A stretch of DNA of 26,065 bases from Raphidiopsis brookii D9 (GCA_000175855.1 ACYB01000008.1:1-26065); one strand, 5' to 3'. Counted from the first letter of the stretch, positions 8,495-17,208 are shown. Program-made: numbers and translations. The notes: generated by a model not told the origin, from the sequence alone.

Positions 8495-8535
8495 CCCTGA
8501 AAAGTAGAAATCAGGGGCAAGGGGAATCTCTCCCC
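8495..8535 (-). terminator. Probable rho-independent terminator of the minus-strand nitrile hydratase operon (two hairpins)
   Basis: On the minus strand, ~30 nt after the stop at 8567: GGGGAgagatTCCCC (8535-8521), then CCCTGAtttctactttTCAGGG (8516-8495), followed directly by TTTTcactgaTTTT. Confidence 0.5.
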
Positions 8536-8566
8536 AAGCGTGAGTTCTGTCCATGGGTGGGGAGTG

Positions 8567-8923
8567 TCAAAGTTCAGAAGTTTTGCAATTCAATAATTGC
8601 GCCAGTTGTGTCTCTAATTCACCCGCAGTGATGACTCCGACATCCACCATGACCCTTTCTAGGGCGGTTAGCCAGCACTGGTAATAGTCCCAGTCAGGGT
8701 CGTCCAGTGCATGGGTGGTCTCCCACTCTTTGATGGTGGCCATGAGGGTTTGCCGAAAGTCTTCCCACTCGTAATAGCCCTGTTTAGAGAGGGCGATCGC
8801 CACACCAAAGGCCATCTTTTTCCAATCGCGATCAAAATGGAGATGCCCATCCTTGCGCGGTGGTGCTTCTTTAGGATTTCCCATTAGGCTGGTAGCCGCA
8901 AAATGCTCAAATTTAGTAAACAT
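8567..8923 (-). CDS. Nitrile hydratase accessory (activator, P14K/NhlE-like) protein
   Basis: 118 aa. PRKDGHLHFDRDWKKMAFGVAIALSKQGYYEWEDFRQTLMATI matches the remembered accessory-protein pattern (..FeePWeaRAFAlavaL...G.F.WdeFR..Li). It lies immediately downstream of the alpha subunit. Confidence 0.75.
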   Translation of the reverse strand: MFTKFEHFAATSLMGNPKEAPPRKDGHLHFDRDWKKMAFGVAIALSKQGYYEWEDFRQTLMATIKEWETTHALDDPDWDYYQCWLTALERVMVDVGVITAGELETQLAQLLNCKTSEL

Positions 8924-8998
8924 CGGTGGTGTCTCTCACTATTGAGGGGCAGAGTCCGGGGGAATGTCAAAGACCTAGACTCCGCATTGATAAGGGGG

Positions 8999-9622
8999 CT
9001 AAACCTGCACTGTGGCGACGCCCATCATGGCTTCTGGCGTGAGCAGTGCAGCCAGTTCTACTTCGCTCATGCCTTCAGTACCGGCAGGGCGCAGGGGCAA
9101 AACCCACCAGCGAATCTGAGCGCTACTATCCCACACCCGCACTTCGACGGAGTCATCAAGCTCGACGCCAAACTCTGACAGTACTTTACGCGGTTCCCGG
9201 ACAACACGGGCACGAAAAGTCGGGTCTTTGAACCAGTAGGGCGGCAGTCCTAAGGTGGGCCAGGGATAGCAAGAACACAAGGTACACACAATGATGTTAT
9301 GGACTTTAGGTGTGTTCTCGACAATACGCATGTGCTCGCCTTCGGCCCCTGACATACCCTGAGGAAAGTCCATTTCTTCGCAGGCAGCATTACAATCTGC
9401 CAGCAAGCGTGCCTTAAATTCAGGGTCAACCCACGCTCGGGCAACTAGTTTTGCCCCATTAAACGGTCCCATTTGCGTTTCAAAATAGCTGAGGATATTA
9501 TCAACAGTGTCGCCTGTGATGATCCCCTTTTCAATCAACAATGACTCCAGCGCTTTGACCTTCGCGGTACTAACGGCTTCGCGATTCGCTGCGTACTTAA
9601 ATCCAGAATAGTTACTAGGCAT
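8999..9622 (-). CDS. nthA: Nitrile hydratase alpha subunit, cobalt type
   Basis: 207 aa with the metal-binding claw VCTLCSCYPWP. Thr in C-T-L-C-S-C is the cobalt-type signature. An SD-like GGGGAG lies ahead of the ATG. Confidence 0.9.
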   Translation of the reverse strand: MPSNYSGFKYAANREAVSTAKVKALESLLIEKGIITGDTVDNILSYFETQMGPFNGAKLVARAWVDPEFKARLLADCNAACEEMDFPQGMSGAEGEHMRIVENTPKVHNIIVCTLCSCYPWPTLGLPPYWFKDPTFRARVVREPRKVLSEFGVELDDSVEVRVWDSSAQIRWWVLPLRPAGTEGMSEVELAALLTPEAMMGVATVQV

Positions 9623-9634
9623 AGAGATCTCCCC

Positions 9635-10213
9635 TTACGCGGCTTCGATATACACTTCAAAAATGTCGTTGTAGTAGAATGAATTGGGCTCAGTCAACGA
9701 TTCTGGCCAAATATCCTCATTCTTGAAGGCGAGACTATACACAGGCATGGGTGTGCCAATCCCGTCTTCCGTGGGAAAGAAATAGGTAAACGCTCCTTCG
9801 TACACTCGCACCACTTCCGCCACATACCCCTTCAGATGCCCAGGCAACCGGCTATGGTCAGCTGGTGAGACATTTTTGATGCGAACCCGATCTCCCACAC
9901 TAAATTTTGGTGGGGTGGGAAGCTCTCGCATCGGTGAGTCCCCTTCTCGCAAATACTTCAAGACTTGGGCGTCGATTTCGGGAGCATCTCTAACTGGTAA
10001 GGGTGCCGCCGCTTTTTCGCTGTTCTCTAGCATTTCAGCCGTGCGAGCGTCCAGTTCTTCCTGGGTGATGTACCCCTCGGAAATAAAGAAACTGGAAATC
10101 CCCCCTAACCATTTTTCGTAGTAGCGCAAACGGAAGTAGTCAAAGGGGTGCATGCCTTCAGCTCCCATGCGCAGATGTCCCCAGGTCCAAAAGCTCTTAA
10201 AGGTGGTGGGCAC
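9635..10213 (-). CDS. nthB: Nitrile hydratase beta subunit, apparently lacking ~35 N-terminal residues
   Basis: LRMGAEGMHPFDYFRLRYYEKW, PPKFSVGDRVRI and FYYNDIFEVYIEAA align with remembered beta-subunit blocks. The canonical M(N/D)G(I/V)HD.GG...GP...EP.F..WE start is absent. The only start is GTG 10213, with poor SD spacing, and it lies inside the upstream ORF. Confidence 0.7.
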   Translation of the reverse strand: MPTTFKSFWTWGHLRMGAEGMHPFDYFRLRYYEKWLGGISSFFISEGYITQEELDARTAEMLENSEKAAAPLPVRDAPEIDAQVLKYLREGDSPMRELPTPPKFSVGDRVRIKNVSPADHSRLPGHLKGYVAEVVRVYEGAFTYFFPTEDGIGTPMPVYSLAFKNEDIWPESLTEPNSFYYNDIFEVYIEAA

Positions 10214-11034
10214 GTCCTCGATTGCATAGTACGGTTGGCGTTGTCCATGTCGAGAATACCTTTCATACGGAAAAGATCAGGCCCACGGGCCTGCACCAAT
10301 CGATAGAGCCAGCGATTAAATTGTTCGCCGTTGACGACTCCTGCTTCCTGAATCGAAATCGAGGTCACGGTTTCGTCGTGGTCATGGGCAGCTTCGTTGA
10401 GAAACTCTGGATCAATAGTGAGGGCATTCTTTAGATCGAAGGCACTCAACCCCAATACCTTATCCAGTGAGATTTGACAGTGTTGTGTCCGGTGGATTTT
10501 GGTGAGCCCATTCATAATCCGAATGCGCTGCTCTAGCTCTTCTAGAATAGGTGGTGACACCAGATCGACTTTATTCAGCAAAATCACATCAGCGAAAGCA
10601 ATTTGTTCTTGGGCTTCGCTACTGTCCCAATGCTCCCAGATGTATTTGGCATCGACGACGGTGACAATGGCATCTAGCAATAGGCGAGATTGCATCACCT
10701 CATCCACCAAAAACGACTGAATGACGGGAGCTGGATCGGCTAACCCCGTCGTTTCAATTATCAGGTAGTCAAAATCTTTAGAGCGCTCCATCAAATTGCT
10801 GACAATGCGGATTAGGTCACTCCGCACTGTGCAACAGATACAGCCATTGTTCATCTCAAAGATTTCTTCATCAGCATCAATCACCAATTGATTATCAATG
10901 CCAACCTCTCCAAACTCGTTCACAATAACGGCGATGCGCTTACCGTGCTGAGCTGTCAAAATATGGTTGAGCAGCGTGGTCTTACCAGCCCCTAAATACC
11001 CGGTTAAAACAGTAGTCGAAATTAGACTTTGCAA
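10105..11034 (-). CDS. COG0523 (CobW/Nha3-like) metallochaperone GTPase whose C-terminal domain is cut short and runs out of frame into nthB
   Basis: TTG start with GGAGG 9 nt upstream. P-loop GYLGAGKTTLLNHIL and the CICC metal motif (GCICCTV) are present. The CobW_C-like part reaches ...FRMKGILDMDNANRT. The last ~45 aa (MQSRTCPPPLRAFGPG...) are an off-frame read of nthB. Confidence 0.75.
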   Translation of the reverse strand: MQSLISTTVLTGYLGAGKTTLLNHILTAQHGKRIAVIVNEFGEVGIDNQLVIDADEEIFEMNNGCICCTVRSDLIRIVSNLMERSKDFDYLIIETTGLADPAPVIQSFLVDEVMQSRLLLDAIVTVVDAKYIWEHWDSSEAQEQIAFADVILLNKVDLVSPPILEELEQRIRIMNGLTKIHRTQHCQISLDKVLGLSAFDLKNALTIDPEFLNEAAHDHDETVTSISIQEAGVVNGEQFNRWLYRLVQARGPDLFRMKGILDMDNANRTMQSRTCPPPLRAFGPGDICAWELKACTPLTTSVCATTKNG

Positions 11035-11247
11035 AGATTGTAGCCTCCATAAGACACCTGTCCAGCTCTAAATCTCTATACTTTCTGGTAAATGTCATAA
11101 CTCTCCCATCCTAGACTAATTTTAGTAAATTTGTGTAGCTTATACTACTATTTATACTGAATTTTATAACTTTAAATTTATCTTTTTGAATAATGTGTAT
11201 AAAAATTAACTTGTCTGGTTTCTTCCAGGAAGTGGAATTAATGGAAA

Positions 11248-11305
11248 TCCGTCTCTAAACAATGGTTTAAGGGAAGACGCTTTTGATCTATAACCGCTAG
11301 CAGTC
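11248..11305 (+). repeat. Repeat copy R3: a degenerate third copy of the R1/R2 element with eroded promoter boxes
   Basis: CCGTCTC (11249-11255), TTTAAGGGAAGACGC (11266-11280; 14 of 15 identical to R2 TTTAAGGAAAGACGC), CTATAA (11288-11293), TAGCAGT (11298-11304, as in R1). Same order and orientation as R1/R2. The weakest of the three copies. Confidence 0.4.
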
Positions 11306-11335
11306 TAAATGCGATCGCGCTTACCAAGTTTATAA

Positions 11336-12616
11336 TCAAACCTTTGTTTGCCAAAGATCATGCAAATTATCCCACTGTTTTCTGTGGGGCCAAATTGCCA
11401 TGGTTGCTAATACTACTATAATTGTAGCCATACCCCCACCAACTACAGAAACAATGGGTCCAAATAAAGCTGCTGCTAACCCAGACTCAAATCCTCCCAA
11501 TTCATTGGATGCACTGATAAACACTGTATTTACTGCTGCTACTCGACCTCTTAAGTGATCTGGGGTCTTAATTTGAACTAAAGTATGGCGAATTACTACA
11601 CTAATACTATCTAAGGCACCACTTAATGCTAACATTACCAAAGATAACCAAACAGAGCGGGATAACCCAAAAATAATAGTTACCACCCCAAATCCAAATA
11701 CTGACCACAGTAGGGTAGTCCATGCTTTGCGGATGGGTGGAAGGTATACTAGCAATGCGGCCATGATTAATGCTCCTATGGATGGTGCAGCTTGTAAGTA
11801 TCCCAGATCCACTGCACCTACTTTCAAAATATCTTTGGCATAGACTGGTAATAGTGCTACTGCACCACCAAATAAAACTGCAAATAAATCTAGGCTGATT
11901 GCTGCAAGAATGATTTGATTATTCCAAATAAATTCTGCTCCAGCAGATAGGGATTTTAGGGATATTGGCTCCTTTACCAGAGTCTCCTGGGACGGTTTAA
12001 TTGTGGCTACACAAATGAAAAATAATAAGTTGGCGATCGCCGCTAATATATAAACATGAGAGGATTTGCCAAACAAAGCAATGGCAAACCCTCCCAGTGT
12101 TGGTCCAATCACTGATGCTGATTGAAAGCTAGCACTGACCCAGGTTGCCGCATTTGCAAATACATTAGTTGGTATTAATTGCCACATCATAGCATCACTG
12201 GCAGGTTTCAAGAATGCCCTAGCCAGACCCATAAGAAGCAGACAGGCATAAATTAAAACAATTTTTCCCTCAGTGTAAGAAATTACTGCTAATCCTACGG
12301 AACAAACTGTCAATAGAAAAATTGAGAGCAAAGTGGTGCGTTGACGATTGTATTTGTCAGCAACATGACCTGATATTAGTGTTAATAAGATTATTGGTAG
12401 GACTTGTGCTAGTCCTACCCCACCTAGAGCTATGGTGGAATTAGTACGCTCATATAGTTCCCAACCAATAGCTACGGACTGCATTTGTCCTCCTGTAAAC
12501 AACAGAAAGCGCCCAATCGTAAATAAACGATAATCTCTAAATCTTAAAGCAGCGAATGGATCGTGTGCTTTGCTTTGGTCTTCAGGTGGGTTTTGATTCT
12601 GTTGGTTTAAGGACAT
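11336..12616 (-). CDS. MFS transporter (12-TM, DHA3/EntS-like)
   Basis: 426 aa, hydrophobic throughout, with an MFS-like loop motif GHVADKYNRQR between TM2 and TM3. Confidence 0.8.
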   Translation of the reverse strand: MSLNQQNQNPPEDQSKAHDPFAALRFRDYRLFTIGRFLLFTGGQMQSVAIGWELYERTNSTIALGGVGLAQVLPIILLTLISGHVADKYNRQRTTLLSIFLLTVCSVGLAVISYTEGKIVLIYACLLLMGLARAFLKPASDAMMWQLIPTNVFANAATWVSASFQSASVIGPTLGGFAIALFGKSSHVYILAAIANLLFFICVATIKPSQETLVKEPISLKSLSAGAEFIWNNQIILAAISLDLFAVLFGGAVALLPVYAKDILKVGAVDLGYLQAAPSIGALIMAALLVYLPPIRKAWTTLLWSVFGFGVVTIIFGLSRSVWLSLVMLALSGALDSISVVIRHTLVQIKTPDHLRGRVAAVNTVFISASNELGGFESGLAAALFGPIVSVVGGGMATIIVVLATMAIWPHRKQWDNLHDLWQTKV

Positions 12617-12632
12617 TTTTCAATTTTGTTGG

Positions 12633-12857
12633 TTATTCCTTGCCAAATAACCCGCCTAAATTAAGGTTTCCTAGCTGTTGCTCAACCAGGTTTACTACAT
12701 CCCCAACCGAACCACCCGTCAAGAAATTATCGACCTGAGTAGCAATAGGAGCGGGTAACTTCTCTTTCATAAAGGATATGACAATAGTTACAACTTGCCG
12801 TGCCTGCTCTTCTGAAATACCTGTTTTAGCTGTGATCAGATTAATAAGTTCATCCAT
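12633..12857 (-). CDS. Small conserved hypothetical protein (74 aa)
   Basis: Clean ORF 16 nt upstream of the MFS gene on the same strand. Helical, acidic, with no motif I recognise. Confidence 0.5.
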   Translation of the reverse strand: MDELINLITAKTGISEEQARQVVTIVISFMKEKLPAPIATQVDNFLTGGSVGDVVNLVEQQLGNLNLGGLFGKE

Positions 12858-12953
12858 GATTGTTTGATTAAGTGAGAATAGTTACTTAGAACATTACCAG
12901 ATAGAATACTCATTTTCAATAGTTGACAGCTAATAGTTTTGGTTAAAAGGGTG

Positions 12954-12984
12954 GGGAGGAGACTAAATGTATAAACTCCCTCCC
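12954..12984 (-). terminator. Possible hemL terminator hairpin
   Basis: GGGAGG (12954-12959) pairs with CCTCCC (12979-12984) across a 19-nt loop, ~15 nt downstream of the hemL stop. On the minus strand it is followed by cacccTTTTaacc. Confidence 0.35.
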
Positions 12985-12997
12985 ATAAGTTTAAACT

Positions 12998-14297
12998 CTA
13001 CAAATTACTGAGTACCTCTTTCACCACTTCCAAAGTGTGATTTATATCTTCTTCTGTATGAGCTAGGGAAGTAAAACCAGCTTCAAATTGGGAAGGAGCT
13101 AGATAAATACCACGTTCCAACATGGCCCGATAAAACCTACCAAATTTGACTGTGTCTGATTTTTTTGGCATCCTCATAATTATGCACGGGACCTGATGTG
13201 AAAAATAGACCAAACATAGCGCTGATACTACCACCACACACACTGTGTCCCGCTTCCTTGGCAATTGTTAGCATCCCATTAACCAATTTCTGGGTGATTC
13301 TCTCTAAATAATCGTAGGTTCCTGGTTTCTGTAATAGTTCTAATGTTTTAATTCCAGCAGTCATGGCCAGGGGATTTCCAGACAGGGTTCCTGCTTGATA
13401 TACTGGACCTGCTGGAGCAATCATGGACATGATTTCTCGACGACCTCCATAAGCTCCTACGGGTAATCCCCCACCTATCACTTTCCCTAGGGTGGTTAAA
13501 TCAGGGGTAATGCCAAATTTTGCTTGGGCCCCACCATAAGCAATTCGGAACCCGGTCATTACTTCGTCAAATACTAGTAATGCTCCGTTTTCTTGAGTAA
13601 TTTCTCTTAACCCTTCTAAAAACCCCGCGTCGGGAGCAATAAATCCAGCATTCCCTACTACTGGTTCTAAAATTACCCCAGCTATTTCTCCTGGGTTTTG
13701 TTGAAATAGTGCTTTTACCGCTTCTAAATCATTAAAAGGGGCTGTTAATGTACCTTTAGTGGCAGATTTTGGCACTCCCGGTGAATCTGGTAACCCTAGG
13801 GTAGCTACTCCTGAACCTGCTTTGACTAAAAACATGTCCGCGTGCCCATGGTAACAACCTTCAAACTTGATAATTTTTTCCCTATTGGTGTAAGCTCGCA
13901 TTAGTCTCAGCACTGCCATACAAGCTTCTGTACCAGAATTAACGAATCTTACCATTTCAATACTGGGGACAGCATCAATTACCATTTCTGCTAGGATATT
14001 TTCTAGCACACAGGGAGCGCCAAAACTTGTACCTTTTTCTAGAGCTTGGTGTAGGGCACTAATTACTTCTGGATTGGCGTGTCCACAAATAGCCGGACCC
14101 CATGTGCCTACATAGTCAATGTATTTGTTACCATCCACATCCCAAATATGGGCACCTTTAACCTTATCAAATACTATTGGTTGTCCACCAACTGATTTAA
14201 AGGCGCGTACGGGTGAGCTAACTCCTCCTGGCATTAAATTTTGAGCTGCTGCAAAGATTTCTTGGGATTTTGTAGTTTGAATAGTAGTGTCTACCAA
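12998..14297 (-). CDS. hemL: Glutamate-1-semialdehyde 2,1-aminomutase, interrupted by one extra nt in the 7-nt homopolymer at 13160-13166
   Basis: N-terminal 386-aa ORF ([22 protein letters not shown]...) plus ORF 12998..13264 (..[41 protein letters not shown]). Removing one A gives ...[18 protein letters not shown].., 432 aa. TTG start with AGGAG upstream. Confidence 0.9.
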
Positions 14298-14431
14298 GGT
14301 GATCTCCTAATAAGTGGTGATTAATTTCAGTTTCTATGAAAGAATAGAATAAACTCACCCTATTGTTTTACCCCATATTTTGATATGGTTTGATTATTGA
14401 GATGATTCTTAAATAAAGTCCCTCGCACATT

Positions 14432-15091
14432 ATGCTATCCCCCCAATCTCTATCTTTAGAATCCTCTATCCCGGTGGAAAAAATCCGCTACGACCAACAT
14501 GGTCTTGTACCAGCAATCATCCAAGACTATCTTGATGGTACTGTGTTAATGATGGCTTGGATGAACCAAGAATCGTTACAACGAACTTTAACTACCGGAG
14601 AAACCTGGTTTTGGAGTCGTTCCCGTCAGGAATTTTGGCACAAGGGAGCTACTTCCGGTCATATTCAAAAGGTAAAAACTGCTCGCTATGATTGTGATAG
14701 TGATGCTCTACTATTTAGTGTAGAACAGATCGGTGATATCGCTTGTCACACAGGAGAACGTAGTTGTTTTCATCAGTTGGATAACCAGGTTGGCAAAATT
14801 ATTCCCCCTCCCCCAGATTCCCTATCCCAGCTTTTTCAGGTGATATGCGATCGCCGGGATTATCCTGCTGAAGGTTCTTACACCTGTAAGTTATTAGCAG
14901 GGGGGGATAATAAAATCTTAAAGAAGATAGGTGAAGAAAGTGCGGAGGTAGTCATGGCTTTTAAAGATGATGACCCAGATGCGATCGCGGGTGAAGTGGC
15001 GGACTTGTTTTATCATACTCTTGTGGCTTTGGCCCATCACCAAGTAGATTTAAGATCGGTTTATCGCAAGCTAGAAGAGCGGAGGAAGTAG
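14432..15091 (+). CDS. hisIE: Bifunctional phosphoribosyl-AMP cyclohydrolase / phosphoribosyl-ATP pyrophosphatase
   Basis: HisI block [51 protein letters not shown]. HisE block [25 protein letters not shown]. Confidence 0.9.
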   Translation: MLSPQSLSLESSIPVEKIRYDQHGLVPAIIQDYLDGTVLMMAWMNQESLQRTLTTGETWFWSRSRQEFWHKGATSGHIQKVKTARYDCDSDALLFSVEQIGDIACHTGERSCFHQLDNQVGKIIPPPPDSLSQLFQVICDRRDYPAEGSYTCKLLAGGDNKILKKIGEESAEVVMAFKDDDPDAIAGEVADLFYHTLVALAHHQVDLRSVYRKLEERRK

Positions 15092-15106
15092 GGGAGAAAA
15101 TTTCCA

Positions 15107-16060
15107 ATGAATCAAAAACGAATTTTAATCACGGGTGCCAGTGGTTGTATCGGTCACTACATTAGTGAAACACTAATAGAAAACACCAATCATCAACTTT
15201 ATTTACTGGTAAGAAATCCTAGCAAATTGCAAGTTAATACTGATATGCGTCCTGGCGTGACCATATTACAAGGCGACATGGGGGAAATTAGTAGTTTGGG
15301 GAATTTGCTTAAAACTATTGACACAGCGGTTTTAACAGCTACTTCCTGGGGGGGAAATAATATCTTTGATATTAATGTCAATAAAACCATACAACTAATG
15401 AATCTATTAAATCCTGACAGGTGTGAACAGGTAATTTATTTTTCCACTGCTAGTGTTTTAAATCATCAAAATCAACCCTTAAAAGAAGCTGGAGAAATTG
15501 GCACCGACTATATTAGCTCCAAATACAAGTGTTTGCATAAAATTGAGGATTTAGAGATTTTCCCCAAAATCACCACAGTATTCCCCACCCTAGTCCTGGG
15601 AGGAGATGAAAACAAACCCTATTCTCACCTGACCTCCGGTATTCATGAAGTAACAAAATATCTGGATATAATTCGGTTTTTAAAAACCGATGGTAGTTTT
15701 CACTTTATCCACGGTAAAGACATTGCCAAGGTCGTAGAACATTTGATTGATCACCCACCAAAAAAAGGAGACCCCAGAAGACTGGTTTTAGGTCAAGCAC
15801 CACTAACAGTAAATCAAGCTATAGAAGAGGTGTGTGAATACCTAAACAAAAAGATTTACTTTCGCATTCCCCTTTCCCTAGCTTTAGCAGATGTAATTAT
15901 CAAAGTCTTTAGAATTCAAATGGCCACCTGGGACAGATTCTGCATGAAATATAGACATTTTACCTATAACAATCCCATTAACCCAGCAATTTTTGACTTA
16001 CCCAACTATTGTCCCACCATGACCGATGTTCTCAAAACCAGCGGAATCAGCAAAGGTTGA
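15107..16060 (+). CDS. NAD(P)-binding SDR (epimerase/dehydratase family) protein
   Basis: N-terminal Rossmann motif ILITGASGCIGHY; 317 aa. Confidence 0.7.
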   Translation: MNQKRILITGASGCIGHYISETLIENTNHQLYLLVRNPSKLQVNTDMRPGVTILQGDMGEISSLGNLLKTIDTAVLTATSWGGNNIFDINVNKTIQLMNLLNPDRCEQVIYFSTASVLNHQNQPLKEAGEIGTDYISSKYKCLHKIEDLEIFPKITTVFPTLVLGGDENKPYSHLTSGIHEVTKYLDIIRFLKTDGSFHFIHGKDIAKVVEHLIDHPPKKGDPRRLVLGQAPLTVNQAIEEVCEYLNKKIYFRIPLSLALADVIIKVFRIQMATWDRFCMKYRHFTYNNPINPAIFDLPNYCPTMTDVLKTSGISKG

Positions 16061-16156
16061 GGAATGTTGAGTTTTATAAAGATATAAGAGAGAACGGTAA
16101 GCTGGGGATGATAAGCTAAACATGAAATATAAAAGTGACTTAGGATGAAGTGTTAA

Positions 16157-17208
16157 ATGGGTGTTTCCTCAACGGTTCCTCTCCTGCTCAGAGCTGCACG
16201 GGGTGAAAAGGTAGATCGTCCCCCGTGTGGATGATGCGTCAAGCGGGACGTTACATGAAAGCTTATAGAGATCTGCGGGAGAAATATCCTTCCTTTCGGG
16301 AACGCTCAGAAATTCCTGAGGTGGCCATTGAGGTCTCCCTCCAACCCTGGAGAGCTTTCCAACCCGACGGAGTAATTTTATTTTCCGATATTGTCACTCC
16401 CTTACCTGGAATGGGTATTGACATGGATATTGCGGAAGGAAAAGGGCCAATTATTTTTTCGCCTATTCGCACTCAAAAACAAGTTGATGGGTTACACCCA
16501 CTAGATCCAGAAACCGCTTTACCTTTTATTCGTCAGATTTTAGGAGCGTTACGTCAGGAAGTAGGTAGTGCATCGACCGTACTAGGCTTTGTTGGCGCAC
16601 CCTGGACTTTAGCAGCTTATGCAGTGGAAGGAAAAGGCTCTAAAACCTATTCTATAATTAAGAATATGGCTTTCTCAGATTCTAATATTCTCCATCAGTT
16701 ATTAGACAAGTTGGCAGAATCTATAGCCGTATATATCCGCTACCAAATAGATTGTGGCGCCCAAGTAGTACAAATGTTCGATTCCTGGGCAGGGCAATTA
16801 AGTCCCCAAGATTATGATATCTTTGCCTTACCCTACCAGAAAAAGGTGTTTGAGTTAGTGAAAAGAACCCATCCACAAACACCCCTAATTTTGTTAGTTA
16901 CGGGTAGCGCGGGACTGTTGGAAAGAATGGCCACCTCTGGTGCGGATATTCTCACCATTGACTGGACTGTGGATATGGCAGATGCACGTAGAAGATTAGG
17001 TAATAACGTTAAGGTCCAGGGAAATTTAGATCCAGGGGTGTTATTTGGGTCAAAGCAGTTTATCCGCGAGAGAATTTTAGATACAGTTCGCAAAGCTGGC
17101 AATTGGGGACACATACTTAATTTGGGACACGGAGTGTTACCAGAAACACCAGAAGAGAATGTGGCTTTTTTCTTTGAGACTGCCAAAAACCTTCATGTTT
17201 CGGTGTAG
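16157..17208 (+). CDS. hemE: Uroporphyrinogen decarboxylase, with one nt missing in the C-run 16220-16224
   Basis: ATG 16157 gives [23 protein letters not shown] and then goes off frame. ORF 16225 continues [11 protein letters not shown]. The canonical motif is ..[22 protein letters not shown]. Adding one C gives a 350-aa protein. Confidence 0.9.

Noticed and set aside
5451-8500. AAATGCCTAAAAC.GAGAAAA at the PIN toxin start (5451-) resembles AAATGCCTAAAATCAGTGAAAA just downstream of R2 (8473-). This hints that R2 once preceded a PIN-like gene.
   Set aside because: Only ~20 nt are similar, the order relative to the repeat is reversed at the two sites, and the R2-side ORF is 10 codons. It is suggestive because both lie within 100 nt of a repeat copy, but too short to call by eye.
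10105-10213. In the GTPase frame, the tail ...LRAFGPGDICAWELKA superficially resembles the missing GFGP...WE N-terminal motifs of nitrile hydratase beta.
   Set aside because: The spacing between FGP and WE is ~5 aa instead of the ~13-15 aa I recall. The segment also overlaps codons that already align to later beta-subunit positions in another frame. It is a coincidence.
8013-10720. Numerous 60-90-aa ORFs overlapping the FtsK-like gene and the nitrile hydratase genes: 8013..8240, 8668..8850, 8903..9178, 9046..9231, 9250..9444, 9876..10121, 10222..10434, 10499..10720.
   Set aside because: These are typical stop-poor alternative frames of GC-richer coding DNA. Each overlaps a confidently assigned gene.
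11035-11247. Possible cobalamin or metal riboswitch in the 300-nt AT-rich leader upstream of the COG0523-nitrile hydratase operon.
   Set aside because: I could not find a B12-box-like element or a GC-rich multi-stem core on the minus strand. The region looks like plain AT-rich promoter DNA.
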